Part shown: positions 14,762-29,185 of the stretch, piece after piece | How the letters are laid out: each line of letters begins with the position of its first letter | Position numbering within the stretch: the stretch's first letter is position 1 | From: Octopus sinensis | Lineage: Eukaryota | DNA: 64,000 nucleotides | Direction of reading: 5' to 3' | NCBI RefSeq assembly: GCF_006345805.1 | Contig: NC_042998.1 | Coordinates: 125,054,001-125,118,000, forward strand | Notes under the pieces: generated by a model | Told to the model about the DNA's origin: nothing | The model's input: the letters and a program-made list of their open reading frames with translations, nothing else | Database searches by the model: none | Translations under genes and position numbers: made by a program

Positions 14762-15834
14762 CATGTGGAGTTAAAGGAAATATATTTACTGTTAAACATG
14801 TAAATATAAAGTAAACAACGTAATTTATAGCCAGATATTAGCAAATATGATGATAGGCGTACGTAACAAGCGCTCTCATACATGTACATATGAATGTGTG
14901 AGCGTACGTACATGTGTACGTATGTAGGTAGTGTTAGCAAATAAGACATGTTCTATACTGTCAAAAGAAATCAGTATAACTCTACGTCGACAAGTACCAT
15001 GCGTTTAGCTTCACAGCAAATTTCTTTTACTACGCGGTTTCGTGTCCCTGTTGAAAGCTAATTTTAGTTTAGATACGCAGTTAATATTTTTGGGAATAAT
15101 CATCCCAACATAACGTCCAATTTTAATTTCATCCTAGAATCTGGGTGTTTTAAACCTAGTCAAGAGAATCCGATATTAATACTGTATATAGCGTTAAAGG
15201 CTTCCTCTGAATATCAGACAAGTTTTAATAAGTTCTTCTACAGCGTTTTATTACATCCATAAAACATAGATTTAAGTTTTATTGAATGTTTTCAGTCATA
15301 CTTTGTGTAACAGGCGTTCCCAACACTAATGTTTTCGTTTTTAGCCTTGATATTTATTATTAAGCTCTTAACTTCTGTTTCAAAATCTCAATTTAAGGAT
15401 AGTTGTTTCTGAATTATTTTTAAAATATCATTTTCACAATATATATTAAAATTGTATTGAAACAAAAGCAAGTGTTACTCGGACGGGTTAAATTTAATTG
15501 TACCGTCATCATAAAACGTTAAATGAACTGCGAAAGACCAAATACATACACACGCGCGTGGGTCGTATTCAAAATTAAATCAATTGATATGGCGTGTTCA
15601 AAATGCGTCTGGTTCCTTATCGCAGAACAAACATTCCAGTAGCTGACGTGTGTATATTTTCAGTTGTTTTGCACGCAAACACATAAACATATACACATCG
15701 ACAATGAGATGTATAATAAGATAGTATGCCTATACACGCAGACGTAAGGTTTACGTCTACATGTACGCACAAAAGCATGTGTGTATGTGTGTGTGTGTGC
15801 ATATATATAAATGTATAGGCATTTATATCCTTAT

Positions 15835-15908
<74 letters not shown>

Positions 15909-16866
15909 CATATATATGTATAAATTTATGTGCTTATAGTATGTGTGCGCGTGAGTGTGTCTGCATACATAAACATAGATCTTGTATGTATATATATATA
16001 TATATATAGAGACACATACACTTATATGTCTATATGTGTGTGTATGTATACATATATATAGCAACACATGTATATATATATATTATACATACATACTTAA
16101 ATAAATGCATACATACATATACATACAATTTTTTTTAAAGATTTGCTTTCATATCGAACAACTATAAATGTCATTTAAAACATTTTTATTATTTTTTGCA
16201 ATTGCGTGTGTTAACAGGTATATATATAACCAATTTATACATGTATGCGTCTTTGCAGCTGTGACTATATATATATAGGTGTATACACATGTAATTATGT
16301 GTATCTATTTGTGGATTTTTGTGTCTAAAAAACCAGATGGAAAAGTAAATCATAATTTCTCACTATTTCTACATTAAGTGCCCATTATATATATTTATAT
16401 TCCTCCGTGTTTCGGTCTACGTCTCTCTCTATGTGTTGTTCACATAATTGTCTTTATGTATAATACCTTAATGCAAAATACAATTACACAAGTAACTATA
16501 ATTCATCTTTTGATATTTCAGTTTATCTGTATATTACCGCATTGCTTTATAAACTTTCTTCTGTGTGTATCGCAATAAACATATGGTATAATAATAATAA
16601 TACCGTATATATTTGTGCTGACGTCTATATCTGTCTGTGTTCGATACAATACATACAATACCTTATGTTTAAAAAGCCGCAAATTCAGTAACAAAGAGGT
16701 ATATTTAGAATCTGTGGCTTTCGTAGTGAAAGTCCAATGAAACACTACAATAGCTTTTCCATAAGTTTCCTTACATACACATAAAACATACATATAATGT
16801 ATATATGTGTGTGTGTGTGTATACACATACATACGTACATACATATATATATATATATACATGTTT

Positions 16867-16929
<63 letters not shown>

Positions 16930-17829
16930 TGTGAGTGTTTGTGCGTATGTGAGCGTGTATGCATCCCTGTATGTATGTATATGTAAATATATTTGTATCT
17001 ACATATAGACATATATCTGTATTGTATAATGTATGAATATATAAGCTCATGTACGTGTGTGGGTGGGTGTACATGTACATGTATGTATGTGTGTGTAACT
17101 ATGATTTCCTTTAAAGAGCTGGAGAGAAGGGGAGAAAGAGAGAGAGAGAGCTATTCGCTTATTCTATTACTTGTTTCAGTCAATGAACTGTGGTCGTGCT
17201 GGGGCACTGCCTTGAAGAGTTTAATCGAACAAATCTACTTCAATACCCATAACACTGAAGTCTGTTAACCATTGATAGTTGTGTATATAAGTTTAAGTAT
17301 ATGAATGTATGTGGCCTAACGGTCAGGTGACTGCAATCACGATCATATGATCAATGTTTCGATTCCCAGACCGGCGATGCGTTTTGTTCTTGAGCAAAAC
17401 ACACTTCAGTCCACTCACTTGTAGATCTTAGTTTTCTTGCTTTCATTTCGTTTTTCTCGTTCTATATTTTGCATCAACCTTCTTCGCACTTTTTTTTTCC
17501 ACGTTTGTTCTCATTTTCTCACTGTACAACGTCTTTGTTTTTAAAAATATACGTATGTAACACATAAACAAAGCCGAAAAATTGCTTGGAGATATTTTAT
17601 AAATATGCCTAGTTAAAGTATCATAAAAGCATGAAGCTATAAGTTAACTCTTTTGGTCGTGATATATTTCTATATATATGTGTATTCATACATATATACA
17701 TGAATGGTTTGTAGTTTACAGTGGTTTATATATAATATGTAAATATCTAAATAATAATGAGTATGATGAAGTAGCATTTCATGAATTTTAATTAACATTT
17801 TGATTTAAATATAGCTTATTTACTGACTT

Positions 17830-18103
17830 GTGGAGGCGCCTGGCTGAGTGGTTAGGGTGTCAGCATCATGATCGTAAGATTGTGGTTTCGATTCCTGGAC
17901 CTGGTGACGCGTTGTGTTCTTGAGCAAAACACTTCATTTCACGTTGTTCCAGTCTACTCGGTTGGCAAAAATGAGTACCGCTGCGATGGACTAGCGTCCC
18001 GTCTAACTAGGGCACACATACGCCTTTGAAACCGGGAAACCGGGCCCATGAGCCTGGCTAGGCTTTGAAAGGGCGCATTTATTTATTTATTAATTTATTT
18101 ATT
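17830..18103 (+). mobile_element. Full-length tRNA-derived SINE family C with (TTTA)n tail and 11-bp TSD
   Basis: A box TGGCTGAGTGG, B box GGTTTCGATTCC, central TTGTGTTCTTGAGCAAAACACTT. TSD TTTACTGACTT at 17819-17829 and 18104-18114. Confidence 0.85.
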
Positions 18104-18744
18104 TTTACTGACTTACATATGTTTCCACTACATCAGTTCGTAACTTTCATTTGCAACTTTGTTACAAAACCGGTGTAGTTTCTTCAGCGGTTTCATTGTC
18201 ATATCCTTTCAGATTGAACTGGTTAGAATTTTATATTAATTTTAGTATTGCGTTGAATGAAGTGGTGTTAAACGTTAATCTGACGCTTACTTTATTTTGA
18301 ATTCCAACTATCATCTGTTTGTTTCATGGAGTCAGTTAATTCAAAATATTTCTTTTGAAATATATCATGGTTGTTTGATTATTTATAACTTATGTAAATT
18401 GTTCAAAAGTCCATTTTTGCATATGCAAGCATAGTAAAAATTGTTCTTCTCTAGAATTTATTATATTATACTCTGATGTAAAAATTTGATAAAGTTCTTC
18501 TATGCACATGTCACATTTATTTATCCCTGGTCTATAAGGTTTAGCGGTACCGATTAGTTCGCAGTTGATAGTATAGTCCTTACTTCTATCTTTAATAGAC
18601 CAGACTAATTAGACTTGTTTTGAATATTTTATTTATATCCCTAAACGAATTTAAATGAGTAGCCAGTTTCTTTTTCTTTTTTTTTTTTTTTTTTTTTTTT
18701 GAAAATAAATGATGTTGTGCAGATGTAAAAGTATGTATATTCTA

Positions 18745-18933
18745 CAGAAAATAAAGGAATTCTCGAACACAGTATAGCTGTGAAAATAGCTTAGGAGATA
18801 GAAAAAAATGGTCACAGGATTCGTTTCTCTGTACCAGCTTGCTGGATGCTCTGTCCATCTTCTAAAGGTATTTTCCCAATCCTCTAAGCTGTTTTCACAG
18901 CCATTCTGCGTTCGAGATTTCCATTATTTTCTG
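18745..18933. mobile_element. Tc1/mariner-type MITE (189 bp, about 65-bp TIRs, TA TSD)
   Basis: TA|CAGAAAATAAAGGAATTCTCGAAC... and ...GTTCGAGATTTCCATTATTTTCTG|TA form an imperfect inverted repeat. Confidence 0.75.
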
Positions 18934-20649
18934 TAGACTATCAACTGACTTGGTACTTCTAAGTATGTTTATATACAGACAGACAGCTCAATAGATCAAT
19001 CGACAGATCGATGGATGGATGGATGGATGTATTTATACGATATGTAGGTAAAATCATGCTAAGAAACTCGCTTCGTTTCTCAGCCACGTAGTTTTGTTCT
19101 TGATTTTATCATGTGTTGCCTTGAGCGTGTGTATTATTATATCTTTTTAGCTAATATCTCACAAGGTGAATTTTCTTGAAAACCCATCGGATGTGTGTGT
19201 CTAATTCGGGAATGTATATGTGAAAGGTGTTATCATAGTCCATAAAACCTTTAAACTGCTACTTTCGAAAGAAAATTATCTGTGGTATTTCAAGTGTCAT
19301 TTCTGATATCTCTTACCAGCATAATAAATTGAACCAACGTTTGGCCCATTGGAAATCTATGAACAAATACTCTCTTGGGTAATATAAAAATACTTGGGTA
19401 ACATAAAAATAAAAAAATATAAATATCTGCATGTGTGATCAGATATATGTAAATATAAAGCGTGAATGAAAGAGTATATGGTTGTTCCTCAGTCAATCTT
19501 AACGAATGGACGGTAGAGTTGTTTGAATTAATTGAATTAATTGAAAGTAGCTTAATATTCTAAATACAGTTTCATCCAAACATAATCCTCAGACAGAATT
19601 AGCGTGACAGTATGCATTCCAGCCAGCATTGTGCAGTTTCGACATTTCCACAATTGCAAAATTGTATGTGTATATGTGCATATATATACGCACGCAAACA
19701 TATGTACGTATGCACATACACACTTATATACATACGTAGAGAGAAATATTGACAGATAGACAGACACACAGACAGACAGATACATACATACATACATACA
19801 TACATACATACATACATACATACATACATGCATGCATAGATGATATCTCTGTTGCATTGATCAGCTTTTAGGCATGAGATTGTGACCATGCTGGAGCAAT
19901 GTTTGCAAATATAAATATTTTTTTTAATGTTTGAAAACTTTTGTACCATTGGAGTAATGTTTAGAATGTAGTATATGTGTGAGTTTGTATGTGTATGTGT
20001 GTGAGTGTGCGTGCGTGTATGTGTGTATTTATGTATGTGTATATATATATATGTGTGTGTGTGTATGTGTATTAAGCATATGTACATATTCACACATATG
20101 TATGTATTAATGATATAATTAATATATATATAAGCATATATACATACCTATATGTACACATATATATATTTATATATATATATGAAAAGTGATATGTATA
20201 CAATGTATAATATTATACATACACGCACACATATATATAAACACACACACACACACACACAATCCTGTGTGTTGGTACAGTTTTCAGCCTCTTGGCTTTG
20301 ATCATTTTTGAACATTTCTATAACTTGAGGAGGGTGAGTGCGCGCGCGCGTGTGTGTTTGTGTGCGTTGGTGTGTGTGTGTGGTTGCACGTGCGTGCTTG
20401 CGTGAATATACGTATGTGTGCCTAATCTGAACAGAATCGAGTCAAGTAAACATGGAACATGTATGTATCCGTAACGAAGACTATACTTTATTAAATTAAA
20501 ATGATGCAATTTTAGCTTCTGAATGAATCAAGTCTAAGATAATAAAGATATAAAGATACACAAAAAAAACAGATCTTCCATCATGAATTTATTGAAAACT
20601 TTGCCATGTTGATTAAATCACGGAAGAATAATATTACTATTAGAAAATA

Positions 20650-21366
20650 TATATTCTATATATTTTGGATGATTATACAAAGATACATACACATACCCAC
20701 AGATGCGCGTATATATATATATATATAATATATATATATATATATGTGTGTGTGTTGTGTGTATATATATATATATATAGATATATATATATATATGTGT
20801 GTATATATATATATATATATTGTATATATATATATGTGTATGTATATATGTGTGTATGTATGTATATTCAATTGTGTATATATGTATATGTGTGCATATG
20901 ATATATATATGTATATATATATGTATATATATTATGTATATATATATGTATATATATGTATATATATAGTATATATGTATATATTATATGTAATATATAT
21001 GTATATTATATGTATATATATATGTATATATGTATATATATATATGTATATATATGTATATATGTATATATATATGTATATATGTATATATATATATATG
21101 TATATATATGTATATATGTATATATATATATATATGTATATATGTATATATGTATATATATATGTATATATATATGTATATATATGTATATATGTATATA
21201 TATATATGTATATATGTATATATATATGTATATATGTATATATATATGTATATATGTATATATATATATGTATATATGTATGTATATATGTATATATGTA
21301 TATATATATGTATATATATGTATATATGTATATATGTATATATATGTATATATATGTGTATCTATG

Positions 21367-21408
<42 letters not shown>

Positions 21409-21560
21409 CGTATATATATGTATATGTATGTATACATGCATATATAATACATGTATATGTATGTAGGCACATATGTACATATGTGTGTATAGTACATAGG
21501 TGTATGTATATGCGTGTATGTATTATATATATATAGAGAGAGAGATATACTATGTGAGCG
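20650..21560. repeat. About 900-bp compound (TA)/(TG) microsatellite
   Basis: Visible directly; source of several spurious ORFs. Confidence 0.95.
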
Positions 21561-21877
21561 TGTGTGTGTATGCAATGTATTATATGTATAAGAAAAGAGA
21601 GAAAAGGGAGTAGAGGCTGTGGGTGAATTAGTTGGAAAGTTACGCTTTCTTTATGGTCATTGTTATTTTATAATTGCGTGTATATGATTTTTTAATTAAG
21701 TAAATCTTGTAAATATTAGTTTCTAATAAATAGATGCGTTTGCTACTTTTGAACAAAACTTCTCTCTCTCTCACATACACTTTATCTCTCAGCCCCTCAC
21801 TCGCTTTTTCACTATACATATACTTTCATACAATAGACAGAGCGACAGAGAAAGAGAAATATATACATACGTTTATA

Positions 21878-21950
<73 letters not shown>

Positions 21951-22110
21951 CGCGGACACAGTTCTATTTGTAAAGGTGTATGTATGTTTCTAGTGCGTGT
22001 ATGCATATTTGTTTGGTTAGCTGTGAATGTGTGCGTGCATGTGTTGTGTACATTTACATATATAGTTATAGATGCTTTTACACACGCACACACACACATA
22101 CACATATGTT

Positions 22111-22154
<44 letters not shown>

Positions 22155-23592
22155 ATTCTAGTAAAATATTTTCCATCACCGAACGTTTCTATCTTCAGAT
22201 TGAATGTTAGGCATTATTGATATCTTATAGTATATTAGTGATTTTAAAATCAACAGATGAGAATGGCAGTTGTTACTTACTTTCATGCTCTTCCCAAGCT
22301 TATTACTGTTGCACATAAATTTAAATAGTTGCAAGGATCAACTGAATATAGTCCTCAAATATCAATTGCTAAAATCCCTGAAGTGCCTTGGTGCATATGA
22401 GCATACTTATAATTTGAAGGGTGGGGGTAAATGTATATGCGTTTCAGTCCTTTTGCTTTTGCTAATAGAAAATAGATATGGAAACGCTTTACGACACATG
22501 TAAGTGTTTGGAAGAAAAATTAGTCTGGCTATAATTAGATATTGCAGTGTATTCGGCTGGGAATTGAAACTCTGTCGATGAAATAGCTCGTGTAACTCGC
22601 CACGATGTTGCTATGCTTGCAAATATGTAAAAAAATATATGTTCATAAATCGATGCATACGAATGCTTCGTTATTTTTTTATTTATGCTTTCTGTTGATA
22701 TTATTATCGCTGCTGTTGTTAGTAAATATTTTAAAGCTTGTTTTCTTGGAATTAAATAATGGTAGTCGTTTGCTGTATTGGCGTCGGCAGTGATGTTTCT
22801 ATCACGTGAGCAGAATACTCAATCGATCTCTCATTGATTATCCTTAGTTTTGACATTTATGATCAGCCATTCGTTTTGTTGTTGTTTTTGTTGTTGTTTT
22901 TAAATTTAAACAAAGATACCAGAGAAGTCTTTAAAAGAACGAAACATAACAAAAACAGAACATAAATCAAATGATCCAAAATCGTAACCAAATTCTTTTT
23001 CTTAAGTATTCTCCACTTGAAAATCGACAATTGTAACGATTTTGTTAAGATTTTTATCATTTTTCGTTTTAAAAGTAAAAACAAATTTCATTTTGCACTT
23101 CATGAACAATAATGGGTTGTTTCATTTTCTTAAATTCTTTGTTTCATTATTTACTTTAAATATTTCTTCACTTTTGACATTCAAAACTTTAAAAAAAAGA
23201 GAGAGAAGCTATCCTTTTTTTATTTATTTGAAAATGTTTCAAAATAACAGACATTAGTTTATGTATTTGAAGATGTAATTGCGTGACTAGTTTGTTGAGC
23301 TCTCTGGTGCAAAAACTGCATGTGTGATCCGTATGTAAAAACTATAACCATTGTTGGGCCCGTCAGTAGGGCACCGTATTGAATATTTTAGAGTATCTTC
23401 TTTGACACCTAATTGTTCCTTTCTTTCTTTCAAATATTCTCTGAAACTACAGAAAAAGAGATACTGATGAAATATTAAATTCTTTCAAATATACATACAC
23501 GTATTTGTTCAAGATTTTATTAAAGCGAAACTAAAAAAAATGTACATGAAAGAAAATGGGTTAATTTTAGATTCGTGCTTAAGGAATCGAAA

Positions 23593-23700
23593 CCAGATTT
23601 CCAACACGCCTCATCAGAAACTGACTTTCTACTCTACGGCTCCCCACCAGATTTCCAACACGCCTCATCGGAAACTGACTTTCTACTCTACGGCTCCCCA
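23593..23700. repeat. Tandem duplication, 2 x 54 bp with one mismatch
   Basis: CCAGATTTCCAACACGCCTCATC(A/G)GAAACTGACTTTCTACTCTACGGCTCCCCA twice. Confidence 0.95.
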
Positions 23701-24157
23701 TATTATCTTCAACATTTCTAAAGCTGAAAATTTCGTTTCCATTAAGTCAATCAAGAAAATTTTTGCTGACGAAACGTATGACTTATACTGAAACACAGTA
23801 AACATTTTTAGAGCAGTCGTATAGTTGATTGAATAGTCACACATGTTCATCTATTATTTTATGGACTACAAAAATTTAATATTGTGTGAAATGAACTCAG
23901 AGTAAACCCTGCAGTACATTACTCCTGCCACCCTACCGCTATATATTATAATAAAATACTATTGAGAGATTCCTTGATGTAAAGGCACATATTTATTTTC
24001 ATCTTTTGTCTTTTACAAAATCCAAAATGACATCATATTAATTAATAGAAATAAAAGATTTCCTTTAAAAATAGAGAGCAAAAAACTGCACATTAACATG
24101 ACAATATAACTGGCGTAGTTGTAATATAAATAATATAAATATCAATTTCAAATTTTG

Positions 24158-24340
24158 GCTCAGGGCCTGCAATTTCGTGGAGAGGAGCCAAGTCGATTAC
24201 ATCGAATTCCGTGTTCAACTGGTACCTGCTTTATCGACTCCGATAGGATGAAAAGCAAAGTCGACCTCGGCGGAATTTGGACTCAGAACATAAAGATAGA
24301 CGAAATACCGCTAAGCATTAAACCTGGCACGCTAGTGATT
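24158..24340 (-). mobile_element. SINE family A/B-related copy
   Basis: Contains AAAGTCGACCTCGGCGGAATTTGGACTCAGAAC. Confidence 0.7.
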
Positions 24341-25179
24341 TTGCTTGATGTTAATTCATATTACATGCTGGTACGTTTCAATCTATAAACGCTGGCTGGA
24401 TAGACAAAACCAGTAGATGTTGATTAAAGAGACATTATCTACTGTAGATAAATAGAGACTGAAAATTATGACATATACTGTTGACTTTAACGTACACTTC
24501 AGAAAAGAAGTCAAATTTATAGACTTAGTTGTTATGTGTTGATAAAGTATAGAATCTCATTAGTATGAAGGTTATCGACTTGAGAGCTTGTAGAGATCGA
24601 CGAAGTAGATGTAGATGCAATGTAAAAATATCGGACAAGTATAACTAGTTGCTGTCGATTGGTTTGACAATGCCTGTAGTCATAGCTTTTAAACTGTCGA
24701 TTAAAAATTCTTTGTAGACGTCGACTGGAAAAAAATCTTGTCCATATCTTCTGGGCATATTCGCCATGCATGCGCGCACAGACACACACACACACGCATT
24801 CACTACCTCTCAGTTGATGTGACAGATGATCGCCTGGAAGATAAAAAAAATATCAACTACATTATTATTTGATGTGAAGCTTGAGGGGATGGGATACGAG
24901 TGTAAAATACGGAATTTTATCCAGTCTTTCATTGTTGTATAAACAAAATATCAACAACACCGTAACAGAACTATTTCTAGTGCTTGCAATTATAGGCTTC
25001 TAACGTTACTAATACATGCATAAATTGTAGCAGATAATTTTTTCTTCAGCCACTGCAAAAAGAACATCTGCTGAAATTTATTAGTTTTAAATCTTGCTTC
25101 ACAATTTAGTAGCGCTATAAACAAAATTAGAATATAACGAAACAAAAATTCGAGATATTCCTGATTGTAATTATGAATT

Positions 25180-25183
25180 TTCT

Positions 25184-25216
<33 letters not shown>

Positions 25217-26060
25217 TATTATTATTATTATTATTATTTGTCAATTACATGATAGTAACAATAATTACAGTTATTACTAACATTATTATTATTATTAATC
25301 TTGTTTTGAAGTATTGTTATCATCATACTCTTCTACTACTCCTCCGCCTCCTCCGCCGCCTCCTCATTATCATCAACGTCATCATTGTCATCATCGACGT
25401 CATGTCTGCGAGCATGAATAATACAAGCATACATCATAAAACATTCTCAGAAACTAGATTATGTTTTGATATAATTGTAGTCTTTAAAAAAAAAATTAAT
25501 AAAATTATATTTTAAAATAAATGAAACGAAGAAAGAAAATTTGAAAGCAAAAAAAAATTAGAGAAACCACACAAATCAAAGCTGTAAGTCAATGGACGTT
25601 AAAAAAAATTCTGTGTTGGGAATGAGATTTAAATTTAATATTAATTGTGAATTTAATCTAAACCCAGTTATTTAAAAGCCAAATTGATTTTCTAACTTTT
25701 TCAAATTTTTTTATGTCGATCTAATTATTATTAGTAGCAGTAGTACGATGACTAACATGACCATTATTCCTGCTGTTGTTGTTGTTATTATTATTAATTT
25801 TGTGATGATGATAATCATGATGATGGAGATGGTAGGGTGGGGGTCGTCGTTGTGACGATGGTGATGAGGAGGAGGAGGAGAATAAGGATGATGGTGTTGG
25901 TGGTGATGATGGTGATGATGATGATGATGGCAGTGCTCTGGTGGTGGTGGTCGTCGTCATCGTCGTCGTGATGGTGGTGGTGTGGTGGTGGTGGTGGTGG
26001 TGGTGTGGTGGTGGTGGTGGTGGTGGTGATGATGATGTTACGCTGGTCGTGGCCATGATC
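25180..26060. repeat. Mosaic of trinucleotide repeats (CAT, ATT, GAT, GGT, GAG)
   Basis: Visible directly. Confidence 0.9.
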
Positions 26061-28097
26061 AGGTTTGTCTGTCATACCGTTGGTTTATTGATGGTTAATA
26101 GTTTATTTGTCACGCTACATAAAGCAAAATGGTTTTCTGTCATGTTTTTCTATCAGTGGAGCGGTATAGACACTAAGGGATCGAAAGTGATGTTTGCAGG
26201 TTTAAAATATATTATTCATTAATATTCAGTAATAGCCATTATTCGTTATATAACGTGACAATTCAAATATCCTATATGAGAAAGAAATATTAAACGAAAT
26301 ATCAAAACCATCACAACAGAACCATTTCTACTGTTTCTAATATTATTAATACATGCAAAAATGATAGATTATATTTTAATTAGCCAATATATTTACTGTT
26401 TGTGTAAATATGTGCGTGTTTCTGCGTGCGTGTGCGAGTGTGCACGCGCGTATTTATGTGACCAGTTGCCATTTACTGAGTCAGTGTAGTTCATATTAAC
26501 AAGTTGTTTCTACATTCTCAGTACTACAGACTGTCTGACACTGGTTTCGATTAGGCATCTCGTTAAATAGATCGATTAATGCTTGGGTAATGCAATACGT
26601 TAGAAAATGATGAAAACAACTCGTGATACAAGTAAATAACGATATTTGCCGTTATGTGAGTGTGCGGATTTTTTTCCAAGAAAGCAAAGTAATGCAAGAT
26701 TTTTTTTATCTGTAAGTCAACAGAGGAGAGAGGACTCCTGAGAGTATTGGAAGAGAGAAAGAGAGACAGAGACAGAGCGGAAAGTATCTTCAAACCGGAA
26801 ATCTGAGCCGAACGCTTGAAACAGCGTGGAGTTCTCTAAAGGTATTAGGTGGTGGTCTTAAACCGGGTAACGTATTAAGTTTATCACCCAAGGTGGCCAT
26901 GACTGAATTTGAAGGATTCACAGAGCCAGAACAAATGCAGTAACACATCTGGTTCAATGATCTAAAGTTTTGCTAACCAAATACCCTGGAGTGGTACTTT
27001 TTAACGACTCCGTAAGAATAAAAGACAAGGTTAACCTCAGCGAGATTTTAACTCATGGTAAAGAAAAACGGAACAAATAACGCGAGACATTCCGTCCTAC
27101 GCTCAAAAGACTCTGTAATTAATCACATCATTACAAATTCAAATTTGAAATACTGTTATTCGTTTGATTTTGGTCTGCCTAAAAGTGACTCTCAGATATT
27201 TTCTATAAAGATATGAGTGGTTGCAACGATTCAAGGAGTAAGGAGGAAACTAAAAATATAATTTTTTTTAAGTACACATAACAAACCATGAAGAACAATA
27301 TTTAAAGATCGTGGGGAGATACATGTCCTTCGTTATATATTAAGGATTCAGTTATTAGATCAACTGAATATTTTGTTACTCAAGTAACGAAACTTAACGT
27401 GTACTCTTAACTAATTCTTTGGTAGAATCAGCGTGACACAATGTGTGTGCAGTAATGCTATACATTTTAAATTACACGATAGACTTTTATGCAGCTTACA
27501 CTCGACGAACTTCTATAATTTCTTTCAACTCGCAGTTTTACTCGCAAGTTACGGATCAACCCGAGGTTACAGAAAAATTACATTTGCCCGAGATGCCATA
27601 CAATAGTAACGAAGCAAACTTCTTAACCATTAGGCCATACTCCGCCGGTAGAAGTATTTACAGACATACATTTAAGCAAGCATACATATCAGAGTCACCT
27701 ATGCATTTATTCAATCTACAAGACGATATCTGAAAGAAAAGGCGAAGTAGTTATGTCTTGAATAATTTGACCATAAATTTACTGATCGAGACCGACTTGA
27801 ATTTAAATACAATACAAATACACATATATTTTTATGGATTAGAAAATAAGGACAAAATACTTGGCCTTATTCAGACTTATTAGATGGGAGCAGTTGATAT
27901 TCAGTGACAGAGTGAGCGACGAGATAACTGCAGAGAACACAATTCTGAAGTGAAGTTACTGGCTACAGTATTGTTTAGGGGTGAGGTAATAAGGATATTG
28001 GTGGGGATAGACAATCTCCTTTAGATAACCAATCTCTGTTGTAATATCTGTATGAAAGGAAGAGATAAGAAATAATACACTTATTCGTCTGTTTATA

Positions 28098-28313
28098 TGA
28101 GGGGTGCTGAAAAGTTCCTGGTTTTGGGTAAATGAAAATAAAGGAAGATCAGTTAATTATTATTTTATTCAACGTATTTTCCTTTCAGTTTTAAAAATTC
28201 TTTGCAACGGTCCTTCAGTTTTTCTAAGCCCTGTAAAAGAACTCGGAATGTTGGGCCTCCAACCAGGCTTTTTGCTACACCTTTAAAGCCAGGAACTTTT
28301 CAGCAACCTGTCG
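28098..28313. mobile_element. Mariner-type MITE (216 bp) with TA TSD
   Basis: TA|TGAGGGGTGCTGAAAAGTTCCTGGTTTT ... AAAGCCAGGAACTTTTCAGCAACCTGTCG|TA. Confidence 0.85.
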
Positions 28314-29185
28314 TATATTAAAGCTGTTTAATAATAACAAAAGATGTCAGTTGTTTTTACCGGCTTACAATCCCCTCTAATGTGCATTGTCTATATCATT
28401 CAGAAATTTCGATCAATTGATTTTATACGAATTATCTTTCTTGCTTGTTTTTAGATTTTAGGCGCCCATAGAGAGAGGTTTGCTCTGAATCCCTTCAATG
28501 ATTTCAGTTGGCCAAAGTTGATCATATATGGGTTTCTTTCGTATTTGTATTTAGTATGCCGCACGTTCCCTTGAGGTATTTTCCCTCAGTGATACTGTTA
28601 ATATAGCCTATTGGTATGTAAGTCTTTGCCAGTCAACCGAATAGCCTATCTAGAATGCCGAGTATCTGTGTATGGATGTGTCAGTTTATGTTAGTGTGTG
28701 AGAGAAAAATAAAATGTGTGTGTGTGTGTGTGTGTGTGTATGTTACATGTTAGATTTAGTTTCTCGTCTACTTAACGATTTTCGCCATGATGTGTTTGAT
28801 GTTTCAATCTTATATAACTTTACCTTCAGAATTTCTCACTCACTATAGTGTGAAGGTCAGACATGAGTTAACATTCTTTCCACCATGCTGTTGGTGACGA
28901 GGAATGTGGAGATGAGAGGAGGCTGTCAGTGTTGAAAAGTGTAATGTGTATTCTATGAATTAAGTTGTTGAGATATATTTACATAGAATATTATATCATT
29001 TCTATGTTAGATTCCCGATAAAATATTTCTGCATAGCTCTTTTGTTTAAATATCGATCAGTAACTGCATAGCTGTAATTTATTCTAGATGCATAATTAGT
29101 CTGTGAGAAAATATGGTTGGACTGTGACCTAAGTAACAATTATATTTCGAAACATACAACCTTTACATTGGATGCTGTAACTTAC

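Noticed and set aside
18110-18230. Minus-strand GTAAGT donor with an upstream exon
   Set aside because: All frames are stopped and the donor overlaps the SINE target-site duplication.
20744-21575. Long YI/MC/HT-rich ORFs here and in other TA/CA/CT tracts (e.g. 77-610, 62225-63009)
   Set aside because: Translations of microsatellites, open on both strands.
23593-23700. CTGATGA...GAAA on the minus strand as a hammerhead
   Set aside because: No pairable stem II (closing G-G) and no stem I.
25721-26075. His/Pro/Thr-rich ORFs as a transcription-factor exon
   Set aside because: Pure trinucleotide repeats with no domain or splice support.
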